Part shown: piece by piece, positions 15,060 to 25,500 of the stretch
Numbering within the stretch: position 1 is the first letter of the stretch
Layout: the number at the start of each line of letters is the position of its first letter
Sequence record: OR805294.1
Length of the DNA stretch: 64,000 nt
Direction: 5' to 3' (one strand)
Program-made: the position numbers and the translations under genes
The notes under the pieces: generated by a model
Told to the model about the DNA's origin: nothing
Database searches by the model: none
The model's input: the letters and a program-made list of their open reading frames with translations, nothing else

Positions 15060-15307
15060 AGGATATACTAATTTTATCTAATTTCTTTAATAAAGAAAAG
15101 TCGATTGCATCTATTTGTCCCATGCTAACAGTAAATTCAAATCTTGCTCCTTTAGAAATGCCGTTCGAAAACATAAAACTTCTAACTGTAAATATACATT
15201 TTTCCAAAGCTACCTCAAACCACATAAAATATGAGTTTACTTTTGTAACAGACAACACCGTACTTAACAACTTAAATGGATATGCAGTGTATATAAGACA
15301 TGATTAA
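15050..15307 (+). CDS. AT-rich small hypothetical protein (85 aa)
   Basis: Overlap-coupled chain. Confidence 0.55.
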   Translation: MSVKDILILSNFFNKEKSIASICPMLTVNSNLAPLEMPFENIKLLTVNIHFSKATSNHIKYEFTFVTDNTVLNNLNGYAVYIRHD

Positions 15308-15521
15308 ATATTTCGACAGTGTTACCAATATCCTATTTTTATCCCATTATATTATTGTAAATGATAAACTTATATCTGCATTTGTAAAATTTTACAATAC
15401 GGATAAAAATAAAGATGTTAAACCGCATTTTATTATAGTTACAGACTATTATAATAGAATATCGAAAAATATATTTTTCGTAGTAGACGATGCGTATTAT
15501 GTAACTAGGTATAACGAATGA
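15300..15521 (+). CDS. AT-rich small hypothetical protein (73 aa)
   Basis: Overlap-coupled chain. Confidence 0.55.
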   Translation: MIKYFDSVTNILFLSHYIIVNDKLISAFVKFYNTDKNKDVKPHFIIVTDYYNRISKNIFFVVDDAYYVTRYNE

Positions 15522-15757
15522 ATTATCATACCAAACTTTTTACATCAGTTAATACATTTTCTATATCACATGCCATGCACTGCAATATATGTAATGCACA
15601 TTTAGCTAACATAACGTTTTTATTTTATATTAAAGATGCATATTGTGTAGATTTGCATCACGTTAAGTTAACAACAAAAAAATTGTTTAATAAAGATGAA
15701 ATTTATATGTTTACTAATATAAATTCTTTAAAAATATGTGAAATACGTTGTGTATAA
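15518..15757 (+). CDS. AT-rich small hypothetical protein (79 aa)
   Basis: ATGA overlap; HCxxCxxH segment. Confidence 0.55.
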   Translation: MNYHTKLFTSVNTFSISHAMHCNICNAHLANITFLFYIKDAYCVDLHHVKLTTKKLFNKDEIYMFTNINSLKICEIRCV

Positions 15758-15886
15758 CTTTTTATATTATAATAAGTTTTATAGCATGATTGAGAATCAT
15801 CTAAATTTATGTTCAATGTATATACGAATGCCTAATAATCTTACTTATTAACGTACTATTCAGCATTATAGGATTTTATAATTGAT

Positions 15887-16072
15887 ATGTATATAATAGA
15901 CCTGCAATATTTTTATTCCTACAAATCTATAATAAAATCCATAATATATATTAACACACATTCCATTAATGTACGTTTTTCATTAATAAAATACCACTAC
16001 GCATGGCTAGTATATACTAGTCACGGTCATACATTATTCAACAAAATAATAACAGATAATATTGCTAAGTAA
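15887..16072 (+). CDS. AT-rich small hypothetical protein (61 aa)
   Basis: ORF with AGGA upstream. Confidence 0.5.
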   Translation: MYIIDLQYFYSYKSIIKSIIYINTHSINVRFSLIKYHYAWLVYTSHGHTLFNKIITDNIAK

Positions 16073-16172
16073 TCGTTTCATATTTGCTTATAAACAAATG
16101 TTTACATAATTGTATTACATAGTGTATTATTAAGTATTGTTGCAAGGATCGCAACAACGGAGATAACAAGGA

Positions 16173-16358
16173 ATGTTAACAATTTCATCAGTAGAATTGG
16201 CATATGTAAATACTACATGCCTTTTTAGGGCATCTATGTTGCTAAGGGAAATGCCAGGTAGTAATATAAGAGTTTATCTAGGTAAAAAAGTACAAACGAT
16301 GGTAATGTTGTCACGTACATTACCTGTTAAAATTGGATATATTCCGCAGAAGGGTTAA
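16173..16358 (+). CDS. Small hypothetical protein (61 aa)
   Basis: AAGGA RBS. Confidence 0.6.
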   Translation: MLTISSVELAYVNTTCLFRASMLLREMPGSNIRVYLGKKVQTMVMLSRTLPVKIGYIPQKG

Positions 16359-16361
16359 GAA

Positions 16362-17339
16362 ATGACTATAGTATATGCACATGAAATAAAAAATGATGTT
16401 TTTGTAGTTAGAACTAGTGCATATCTGTTTAACAATAATACAGCAATCCCTAGGCAAAATAACGGAAAACCTATTATTTCTGTCGATTTTGCTATACATG
16501 ACGGAATAAAAGAACATGCAGTAAAAAGTAATGGTTTGATAGAATTTTATGCATCTAAAGACGACATAGAAACTAAACAGTACACAATAATAACATATAT
16601 TCATTATGTTTCTCATTATATTCATTCTGTAGATAATACTATATTGTCTGTTCAAGATTATGACACATTTAAACTATGTAATGAAATAGATAAAGGATAT
16701 TTAAATCTTTATTCTGAGTGCTATGCCAAGACAAAATACAAAGAAGATACAATCCAAATTGTCATACAAAATAAGCTCGAAAGTATTGAAGACGAAATGC
16801 TAAGAAAGCATGCAATGCCTGTATTTTTGCCAGATCCGTACAACGTAAGTTCCGGAAAATCGGTGTATTCTATAAATTTAGAAAATGTAATTATAGATTA
16901 CATTGAAACTAATGTTAATTCTGTAGTTAAAAATAAACTTGAACAAAAAATAAAAAATCCTTCTGATCCGTATTTTTATAAATCAAAAATTCTTAGAAAC
17001 CAATATTATATAGAAAAAACAAACATTTCTATTGCACTAAGTATAGGACAGTCACTACACAGTACACTCTATACTAGTAATACGTTCGTCGGGTCTATAG
17101 AAAGTATTAACATATCGTTAAAACATGCTATGAAACAATTAAAAATGATGTGCGATCTTTATATATCGTTAAATGATACATCAAATACCGATATGACCTT
17201 TTTAGTTGGCCATCTCGACTCATTAGCTAGAATAGTACGACAGATAGATTTTAAAATAAAAGATAAAGACAAAAGAACTTTATTAATTGATTCGATTGAT
17301 AAAATAAAAGAAAGTATAATAAAAAGAAAAGAAGATTAA
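16362..17339 (+). CDS. Hypothetical protein (325 aa)
   Basis: Long ORF in AT-rich DNA ending at a bidirectional terminator. Confidence 0.8.
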   Translation: MTIVYAHEIKNDVFVVRTSAYLFNNNTAIPRQNNGKPIISVDFAIHDGIKEHAVKSNGLIEFYASKDDIETKQYTIITYIHYVSHYIHSVDNTILSVQDYDTFKLCNEIDKGYLNLYSECYAKTKYKEDTIQIVIQNKLESIEDEMLRKHAMPVFLPDPYNVSSGKSVYSINLENVIIDYIETNVNSVVKNKLEQKIKNPSDPYFYKSKILRNQYYIEKTNISIALSIGQSLHSTLYTSNTFVGSIESINISLKHAMKQLKMMCDLYISLNDTSNTDMTFLVGHLDSLARIVRQIDFKIKDKDKRTLLIDSIDKIKESIIKRKED

Positions 17340-17354
17340 ATCTTCTTTTCTTTT
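17321..17354. terminator. Bidirectional terminator
   Basis: AAAAGAAAAGAAGA-TTAAA-TCTTCTTTTCTTTT between convergent genes. Confidence 0.7.
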
Positions 17355-18573
17355 ATATTATTAAAATTGTTTTTGTATAAGTATACGTATTATTGTCGTA
17401 TGTAGTTACTCGCCATGTTATGTCTTGCGTCTGTCCCACTGTGCCGGAATTTGACGAAAAAGTCCATGTTCTGTTAACTACAACAGGATCATTTGGTCTT
17501 ACATAATTAACAGAGCCCTTTGAATTTGTTCTAGTTGTATTAGATCCTACAGGCAGAGGGTATGCAACTCCGTCAAATACTATTTCTTCAGATACGATTG
17601 CTTGATAGCCGAATGTAAATATTGCAGATCCGGTTACACTAGCACCCTGCTGTACTTGGTTAGGACCGGAAATGTTCATAGTAGGAACTATTGCTGCACT
17701 ATTTGTTAAATTATATAACAGTGCATAAGTAGGCGATATAACAGGATATATTGCACTAGAAATATGTTCTATTACTGTAAATTGCAAATTTCCTTGAACT
17801 ATAGTTTGTGTGTCAAATTCCGTAAATATTACATAAAATGATATAACAGATGGACTGTTTAACTTTGCTTGAACAGACATCTGGACGTTGTCTATTTTAA
17901 GTATAAAAACTGTTTGATATGTATTATTTAATTCATAGAACGTTTTAGTACATGGTTTGCTGTTAGTTGGTACGCTTGGTGCAGATATTCCGAAAAATAC
18001 AACAGAATTTATATTTTCTAAAAGCTCCTTCATCTTTGTAGAAATAGTAGTGCTCGGCGAGGTTAACTGAGGCGTTATTCTTATTGCACCGCCTGTATTG
18101 AAAAATTGTCTTGCATGATTATTATCATTAAATGTGACAGTAAACTCTGAATATACAGATTGATCCCACGGAGCACTCGTCGGTCTACTAGATGTTAGTT
18201 TAGTAGTATAAGTCGGATTTGCTAATTTACCTCTATTAGCTTCTAATAAAGATAATGCATCGCCTAATGGTAATAATGTACCGGGCGGTTGCATTACATC
18301 ATAGTTATATGCAGCAATTGTATTACTTGAAGATACAATTGCTGGCCAGGCTGCGCCTAGTAACGATGTGCCTTGATGTAATGCAATAGTTTGCATAGTA
18401 GAAAACAGTGTATTCCAGTTAGATGCACTGATTATATTTCCTATAGCAACTTGTTGTACAGGAACAGTCTGTCCGTATCCGTAACTACCTGTTCCTGTAC
18501 CTAAAATATTTTGTATTTTAGAAGAAAATAGATTATAATCAGCAGCCTGTATTACCTGATTTCTTGCGTACAT
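17353..18573 (-). CDS. Virion structural protein (tail/baseplate associated, 406 aa)
   Basis: Last gene of the structural operon; I.AADYN...LGTGTGSYGYGQ N-terminus; T/S/N-rich beta composition. Confidence 0.75.
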   Translation of the reverse strand: MYARNQVIQAADYNLFSSKIQNILGTGTGSYGYGQTVPVQQVAIGNIISASNWNTLFSTMQTIALHQGTSLLGAAWPAIVSSSNTIAAYNYDVMQPPGTLLPLGDALSLLEANRGKLANPTYTTKLTSSRPTSAPWDQSVYSEFTVTFNDNNHARQFFNTGGAIRITPQLTSPSTTISTKMKELLENINSVVFFGISAPSVPTNSKPCTKTFYELNNTYQTVFILKIDNVQMSVQAKLNSPSVISFYVIFTEFDTQTIVQGNLQFTVIEHISSAIYPVISPTYALLYNLTNSAAIVPTMNISGPNQVQQGASVTGSAIFTFGYQAIVSEEIVFDGVAYPLPVGSNTTRTNSKGSVNYVRPNDPVVVNRTWTFSSNSGTVGQTQDITWRVTTYDNNTYTYTKTILII

Positions 18574-20009
18574 TATTTAGAGCCTATTGCACATAAAACT
18601 AATTCTACATCCGATGTTGATTTAGAACTAATGGCACGTCCTATAATACTATATACACCCATAGGACCTAACTGTTGCAATTCTGACATTGTTATTCTAC
18701 GAGCAACACCAGGAACATCACTAGCAACTAATCTATCGCCCTTAGATATGGGTCCTATTACTTTCACGGGTACTCTTCCTGCTAATGCGACAAACGGATG
18801 AGTGTCATCAGTCCCTGCGTCGGCATTCATCATTATGCCTGCACTTGTACTTATTACACCGAATACTTCTGTATCTGCATCAAGTGTTGTCATTGTTATT
18901 TCTTTAGAACCACCCAATTTAACTACAGTTCCTGTATCTAATTCTCCATCAGCTTCATATCTTTCTGCAAGATCTGCATATTTACTTGATGTAGACGTAC
19001 CTATTAAATTAGTTCCATAAATATTTTGGAAAGGACTAGTTTGACTTCCTATAGAAGAAGTAGTTGTTCTAGCATTTATTTTAGATGTTGTTATTTCGTT
19101 TATGTATGATAGGCCAAATGCATTATTAACATCGCCCATTGTGGTAGTATCAGGTACACCGGGAATTATCTTATCTCTTGCATATAATTCCATACCGTAT
19201 ATTTTAGAATATCTATTTGTATCTGAACCTAAAGTAAACGCATTAGTTGTGCTAGGTATTAAGTTAGTAATAACACCATAACCTGGCTGCCCAGATCCGA
19301 CCGATAAACTATTAGCATACATCCCGCTTGTATATATACCTGCAATTCTACTCGAAGCACTACCTAGAGTATCAGTTGTGTTTTTCATCCCAACTGCTGT
19401 ATCACTAAGAGGTATAAAACCTAAAGTAATATTACCGTTTGATCTAGAAAATACAATTTCTTGTGTTGCAAGAAATCTTCTTGCATATACATCTGCAAAT
19501 GTTAAACTTGCCGAACCTATAGAATACTGAGAAGTTGTACTGGGTAGTACATTACCGCCTATAGTAGTAGCACCTAATTGGGTTGTTCCTGCAACTAAAT
19601 TAGTTGTATTAACTGTACTGAAATAACCTACTCTGAATCTATTTGCAGCGGCGCCTAAATCTACTGTATTTGTTGCAGGAATTATTGTAGAATCTACTGT
19701 ACTTATTAATGATTTCCACGATGCATGATTTGGGTTTGCACTAGTGTTGTCTGTAGAATTGACAGGATCGTTTCCTATCCATACTTTCATTACATTAGTT
19801 CTAGTATCAAACCAAAGTTGCCCTTTTATTGCACCCCTAGGAGATGTATTATTTGCAAAGTTTTCTAATGTTCTTATTGTAGACTGTGCTAAAGATTGTC
19901 CATATGCAGGTGTTATTCTACCAACTAAGCTAGTAGAATATACGTTAGATATAGTACCATCAGGTATTGCTATTATATTTCCGTTTGACTTTGTAATTGT
20001 ATATGACAT
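18573..20009 (-). CDS. Tail fibre-like protein with C-terminal intramolecular-chaperone-type domain (478 aa)
   Basis: YADLAERY...GTVV...FGVIST...VALAGRVPVKVIG...KGDRLV; N-terminus paralogous to 20012..21757. Confidence 0.8.
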   Translation of the reverse strand: MSYTITKSNGNIIAIPDGTISNVYSTSLVGRITPAYGQSLAQSTIRTLENFANNTSPRGAIKGQLWFDTRTNVMKVWIGNDPVNSTDNTSANPNHASWKSLISTVDSTIIPATNTVDLGAAANRFRVGYFSTVNTTNLVAGTTQLGATTIGGNVLPSTTSQYSIGSASLTFADVYARRFLATQEIVFSRSNGNITLGFIPLSDTAVGMKNTTDTLGSASSRIAGIYTSGMYANSLSVGSGQPGYGVITNLIPSTTNAFTLGSDTNRYSKIYGMELYARDKIIPGVPDTTTMGDVNNAFGLSYINEITTSKINARTTTSSIGSQTSPFQNIYGTNLIGTSTSSKYADLAERYEADGELDTGTVVKLGGSKEITMTTLDADTEVFGVISTSAGIMMNADAGTDDTHPFVALAGRVPVKVIGPISKGDRLVASDVPGVARRITMSELQQLGPMGVYSIIGRAISSKSTSDVELVLCAIGSK

Positions 20010-20011
20010 TA

Positions 20012-21757
20012 TTAACCTACCCTAATCCATACGTATGCACATTGCCACGGAGATTGGTTATTATGTTTTCCGTCGCCGCCGACAGAAGAAGTTAGAGGCG
20101 CTGTAGTAACGCTCTGGAATCCGTAACCGTCTTCGACCCTAGCAGATTGACCTCCGACTGAACCGAATCTACCCGATTGCGAAACGTTATTTCCGAAACC
20201 TTGTATATGCTGATGTGCTGGCATCTCTGCTACAGTAAGTTTATGGAAATAAGTTCCTCCTGTTGATCCAGCAGCATATCCACCCGAATCTCCATTTGCA
20301 TCAGTAGTAGATCCGTTCCCGACTATAGATCTGCCCTGTGCATACGGATTCCAGACCCCGAATCCTAAATAAGTTGCTGGATTTGCCGAATTAGTTGCGT
20401 TAATGTATACAGAACCTATAGGATATACTAATTCTCTAGTAGCTGCAATGGCAGTTAAAATTTTCTGATCTACTTGGTCTTGGGTATAAACGGTAGGAAG
20501 ATTGCCAGTATGCCATATTCTTTGACCATTTATATATAGTGCGCCGTCGTTTACGCCATCTGTATGCAGTCGGACATCATAATCAGTAGAAGAATTCGTG
20601 GCATGGTGAAAATCTAAATACCTAGCTATTTCTGTAACACCAGATGTACTAACAACAGGAATCTTGTTAGCCATATTTCCAGGAACACCAGGTGCTATAA
20701 CATCGTGTGACGCTGCTGTGCCTAATCCAACTACAGTTGTGTTCATTGTAACGTTTGTAGTACCGTCTAATACTACTGAACCTAAAACATTTCCAGTTAG
20801 TGTTAATGTTCTGCCAAACGTCCATTTATCTGCAGAAGCTGCTCTGGTTGCATTAGTCGCACTTGATGCATTACCTACGAAATTTACAGAATACATGTTT
20901 CTATAGCGCCGAGCAGTAGAACCTAAGTCATACGTATTATCTATTACAGGCATCAAATGAGAATTTAAACCTTGATTTGTGCCAGTTCCTAGTGTTAATA
21001 ACGTCGTATTTACATCTTGGCCGAAGAATCTTGTTACTCTATATGAAGTACCACCTATAATCCATGTGCCCCTACAGAATAAATCGTTATTAGGTCCGTT
21101 TTCTAATGCTATAACAGAAGAACCATTAGTAAAAGTTATACCACCGGAATTAATCCATGCTTTCTTTGTATATAAATTATCCCATTGTTTTGCAGACGAA
21201 CCCAAACTAGACGATGTTATAAACTGACAAGGATTCGGCATAGTCGATTGGGTTTCGGGTAATATGTCGCCTTGAACTGAAGTATTTCCTACAACTGTAA
21301 GAGCAGTTCTGTTAGAACTAGATGTACATTTTCTTAAAGTTGCTTCTGTTCCGAAAAAGCCCACTGCATAGATATTTTTAAATCTAAGTGTAGGAGACCC
21401 TATATTAATTGTATTATCAACTTTTGGCAATAGATCTTGTATTAATGCTCCGCCAATAGGAGTCCACATTTCGTTAGATCTATCTGCACTAGTGTTATCG
21501 TTGGGAGATAGAGGGTCTGCTCCTTTCCATACTTTAAGTATTTCCTGCTGAGTATCATACCACAGTTGGCCCTTAATAGCCCCCCGAGGCGGAATTGTAT
21601 TGGCAAAATTTTCTAAATGCCTAATTGTACTCTGTGCTATTTCTCCGCCATACGGTGATATGTCTTTGCCTAGCAATGGCAAAGTATAATTCTCTAATAT
21701 TGTTTGGTCTGCAACAGTAATAGGGGTGCCGTTACTTTTGGAAATATTATATGACAT
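20012..21757 (-). CDS. Tail fibre protein with T4 gp10/gp12-like C-terminal domain (581 aa)
   Basis: YPIGSVY...NPATYLGFGVW...LTVAEMPAHQH...HNNxxP...YVWIR; LGSxxxR repeats. Confidence 0.8.
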   Translation of the reverse strand: MSYNISKSNGTPITVADQTILENYTLPLLGKDISPYGGEIAQSTIRHLENFANTIPPRGAIKGQLWYDTQQEILKVWKGADPLSPNDNTSADRSNEMWTPIGGALIQDLLPKVDNTINIGSPTLRFKNIYAVGFFGTEATLRKCTSSSNRTALTVVGNTSVQGDILPETQSTMPNPCQFITSSSLGSSAKQWDNLYTKKAWINSGGITFTNGSSVIALENGPNNDLFCRGTWIIGGTSYRVTRFFGQDVNTTLLTLGTGTNQGLNSHLMPVIDNTYDLGSTARRYRNMYSVNFVGNASSATNATRAASADKWTFGRTLTLTGNVLGSVVLDGTTNVTMNTTVVGLGTAASHDVIAPGVPGNMANKIPVVSTSGVTEIARYLDFHHATNSSTDYDVRLHTDGVNDGALYINGQRIWHTGNLPTVYTQDQVDQKILTAIAATRELVYPIGSVYINATNSANPATYLGFGVWNPYAQGRSIVGNGSTTDANGDSGGYAAGSTGGTYFHKLTVAEMPAHQHIQGFGNNVSQSGRFGSVGGQSARVEDGYGFQSVTTAPLTSSVGGDGKHNNQSPWQCAYVWIRVG

Positions 21758-21760
21758 AAA

Positions 21761-22366
21761 TTACCCCATTTGCACTCTAACAGTATATTGTATTTGTAAT
21801 GCTCTATTAGATGATTTTTGTATAGGATGGAATATTACATGAGTAATCATTATAGCTTCACTTTGATCTAAATTTCCAGCTATACTGGGCGGACCTACAT
21901 ATAACGCAATTTCATCGAATACAGAACTATCTTTATTATCTTCTGCAAAACTGGGTGCTCTGTCTATAATTTGTTGTTGTAGTCCTGCTTCATCATATGC
22001 AAGAGTAGTGGTTACTTTTAAATCTGAAAAGTTTGTACTTCCTAAAATAACTTCTATTTTATTCTGAAGTGTATTATCTATTTCTTTTTTAAATGTTTCG
22101 TTATATAACGAATCGTCGGGATTGCGTATAATAGAAACATTGGGTTCCCTATAAATTATTTCGCCCTCAGCAGTCACTCGAGTACCGCCGTTGCCGAAAG
22201 CCATATATCTTACGTGCCCGTTATCTTGTCCAGCCAATGCAGATACTATAGCAGCAGCCAAATTACCGAAATGAATTGCATTCTTTTTGCTAAGAAGTAT
22301 TTCACCCGTGTCTTTATCTACAATAGTAAGATGCCCAATAGCACGGATAGTTCCACTATCTTGCAT
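21761..22366 (-). CDS. Virion structural protein (201 aa)
   Basis: In-operon; MAFGNGG, FDEIALY, ITHVIFHPIQKS motifs. Confidence 0.8.
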   Translation of the reverse strand: MQDSGTIRAIGHLTIVDKDTGEILLSKKNAIHFGNLAAAIVSALAGQDNGHVRYMAFGNGGTRVTAEGEIIYREPNVSIIRNPDDSLYNETFKKEIDNTLQNKIEVILGSTNFSDLKVTTTLAYDEAGLQQQIIDRAPSFAEDNKDSSVFDEIALYVGPPSIAGNLDQSEAIMITHVIFHPIQKSSNRALQIQYTVRVQMG

Positions 22367-22367
22367 A

Positions 22368-22493
22368 TTAACCCCTTTTATTTAATAATTCTTTATTTGT
22401 TTTCAGATCTACAATTTTAACGTGATCGAGGGCGTGACCGAGCACGTCCTCGTCTGGTTTTTTATTGTTACTGTTATCTTTCTTATCATCCAT
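22368..22493 (-). CDS. 41-aa protein MDDKKDNSNNKKPDEDVLGHALDHVKIVDLKTNKELLNKRG, not in the ORF track
   Basis: Fills the gap, stops 1 nt before the next ATG, resembles that gene's N-terminus; ATG is 5 nt after GATAAATA. Confidence 0.7.
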   Translation of the reverse strand: MDDKKDNSNNKKPDEDVLGHALDHVKIVDLKTNKELLNKRG

Positions 22494-22498
22494 ATCGA

Positions 22499-22506
22499 TA
22501 TTTATC
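22499..22506 (-). promoter_or_regulatory. Late promoter (GATAAATA)
   Basis: T4 TATAAATA-like motif. Confidence 0.6.
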
Positions 22507-22517
22507 TGTGTTTTAAA

Positions 22518-25500
22518 CTACGGAGTTAATCCACTACTAGGTCTGTTTTGTAAGAATATAGCCCAGGGAGTTGTACTTAGAGCAAGTCCACCGTTATTAT
22601 TTTCCCATATGTACTTACCTGTATCTTCTTGTTCTTGTTTATACGAACCGTCAAATACTCTAGTATATAAAGGCACAGTTGTATCTCCATTTGTTCCGGT
22701 ATATACAGATGTCCCTAATGATCCCCTAGTCAATCCGTGTAATTTATTACCGCGTTTATATAAGAATTCTATACGTTCGGTTCCTATCCAAACTACACCG
22801 GGTTTACTACTAGACGGATCTACTATTGCAGATGCATCTACTAACTCTATAGATTTATCTGTAAGTTTTAATGGTTTAGCTAATCTAGTGCTATAATAAT
22901 CAGAAATCCTAACATAGTGTGTTTCGCCCATTTCATCTAGGTGTACCCTGAAGCTTAGCGGTTTGGCAGGATATTTGATTACAACATTATCACCTTGCAT
23001 TGTAACTGGATTTATGAAATTGTGTTGTTCATTGAATACAGCTACCCACGAATTATTAACAATATCGGTTACTTTTTGAATGTTTGTTTCAGTCCAATCG
23101 ATTCGTATAATATCGCCTGCGTTAAGAGTACCCTTATATACTACTAATAACTTAGCATTATCACCTGTTATATTTGTGAATTCTATAGTGTAGTCTTTGT
23201 CTTTAGTTTTACTAATTCCATTTATATAAACTGTCTCTCCTACAAAATTACGTATACTAGTATCTACAGTGAAAAGTTTTGTATTTGTATACAATATTTC
23301 TTTACTCTTACGAGTATATAAATTATTAGATACACTGATCATTCTTTTGTTAGCAGCAACAAACATGTCTAATGTCTGCAACTTATATTCAGATGCAGTA
23401 ACAGAAGTTATGTTATATTTGTTCATTACATACGAAACATAATCATCTAACTTCATTATAGAATAAGATTGATATTTAACTGTAATTACAGTTCCTGCAC
23501 TCGGTGCAATTTCAAAATTAATAACAAGTTCAGGAGTAATTCCACTATTATCTACAACTACTGTATAGCCATACATTGCAACTCCGCTCGAATAAACACC
23601 CTGGACTCTGTTGGGGAGAATATTCATACCTGTATGTATCATAGTATCTACACCATTTGCAGTAATATCTACGAACTTGTATGTAAGTTGTCCCGATGCC
23701 TGTGCGACTACTTCGTCAGGATTAGCAATAGTTGGCATATCTATAGGTAGTAGATACACACTATCTGCATTTTCTGGAGAATCTATGCTTGGATCCCAAG
23801 CAAATGTATCCCATGTGTTTATATCTTTATTTTGTTTTGTATTTCTTAAATCTACAGTTATGTATCCTTGAGTATTATCCCTTACTACTGAATTAGTATC
23901 AAACCTATAATCGTTAGCTACAGTAGTTTGTGAAGTATAATTATCTTTATAGACTACTGATATAATATCACCTGTACTGAAACTAGTAGGATATGCAATT
24001 ACTACGGTATTAATGCCGTTGTTATCTATATTAAACTTCAATTTGTCTTCAGTATTAGGATCTCCGTTTATAACTAACCCTATTATATCCTGTAACACTA
24101 TTTTTTCAGTTAATACTATTTTAACAAACGGGTTCGAAGTATCTGTATTAGTAACAACATACTGAACTTCTGTAGTCTTCGCATTAGAATCTACAATAAT
24201 AACCATGTTCTCTGTAGGAGATACTAATGCTTGTTCTTCTGGGATTCCTTCTCTTACGTTAGTATCTTCAAAATATGCACCATCTATTATAGGCTTACTA
24301 GTGTCACTGTTAAATGTATTAGTAACAGGATTAAAAGTAAACACTATTTCGTCACCTTCTACTGCGCCAGGAACTTCTATAGATGTAAAATTAGAACCTT
24401 TTGTAGCAGTGTATTGTGTAGAAGATCCATTTAGTGTTACGCTAGTTATATCTACTACATATCGTATGACAAATGTTGTTTTTCCTTCCGATATGACTGT
24501 TGCACTTGTTTCGGTATAATTAGGAGTAATAACATACGTAGCAGTAGAGGCATCCCATGCGTATTCGTCCCATTTTGTACTATCCCACGGTCTGCTAAAT
24601 ATGTACTCAAAATCTTTAGCATCTATGACCTTGCCTTCATAGTCACACCCGTATTCGTCGCCGAATCGTTCGTTAAATTGGAATAAAACATCTCTCTCGC
24701 CGGCTGAACTTTCGTATAGACGTTCAGTAAACGAACTGTATGGATATGAACCGTTTATGGGTGCGGCACTTAAAATATCCCGTTGCAAGTCAGTTTGATA
24801 TAATATATATCTTCCAGCAGCGCCAGAATATTGTAAGTATTCAGTCCATAATTGACGATTACCTTCTTGTATTGTGCCCGGTATACCCCAACGTAATTGA
24901 CCCCACTTAGGTATACCCCAGCCGCCTGCGATTTTACCAGCCGGATCTATTGCTAAATCAAATATAGGTTTAAGCACTTTACCGGGTTGTCTAGCATTAT
25001 ACTCTAACCTCATTTCCTCTAACGGAGTTTGGGTGAATTCTGTACCAGAATATAATTTTATTTTAGATCCTATTTTAATAAGAGTATTTGATTTAAATGT
25101 TACTTGTAGATAGCCATTCTCGTTTATTTCTACATCATATTGCTCTTTAGTAATAGTTTTTCCATCTACCTTAATTTTCCAAACAGATTTTATATCAGTG
25201 TAGTTTACTATTATTACATCACCTGCATCAGGAGTAGAAGGAAGTATTATAAATGTTGCATTTAATATTGTAGTGAATGTGTAACCTTCTATTTCTTGCC
25301 CGTTTATTGTTACAGATGTTATTCTAGAAATATCTTTATTAGCACCTAATTGATATTGAGAAATTCCATCTAATGCTATAAATTCATCATTAGGAGTATT
25401 TGCTATAAGAACTACTTGACCGCCGGTACCGATAAATGTTTGGTCGCCTAAGTCTATATAATTCGGTTTAGTTATGTAACCGCATTGTACTCGATCGTAT

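Noticed and set aside
22427-22452. GC-rich hairpin as terminator of the giant gene
   Set aside because: The U-tract is on the opposite strand and the stem lies inside the 41-aa ORF.
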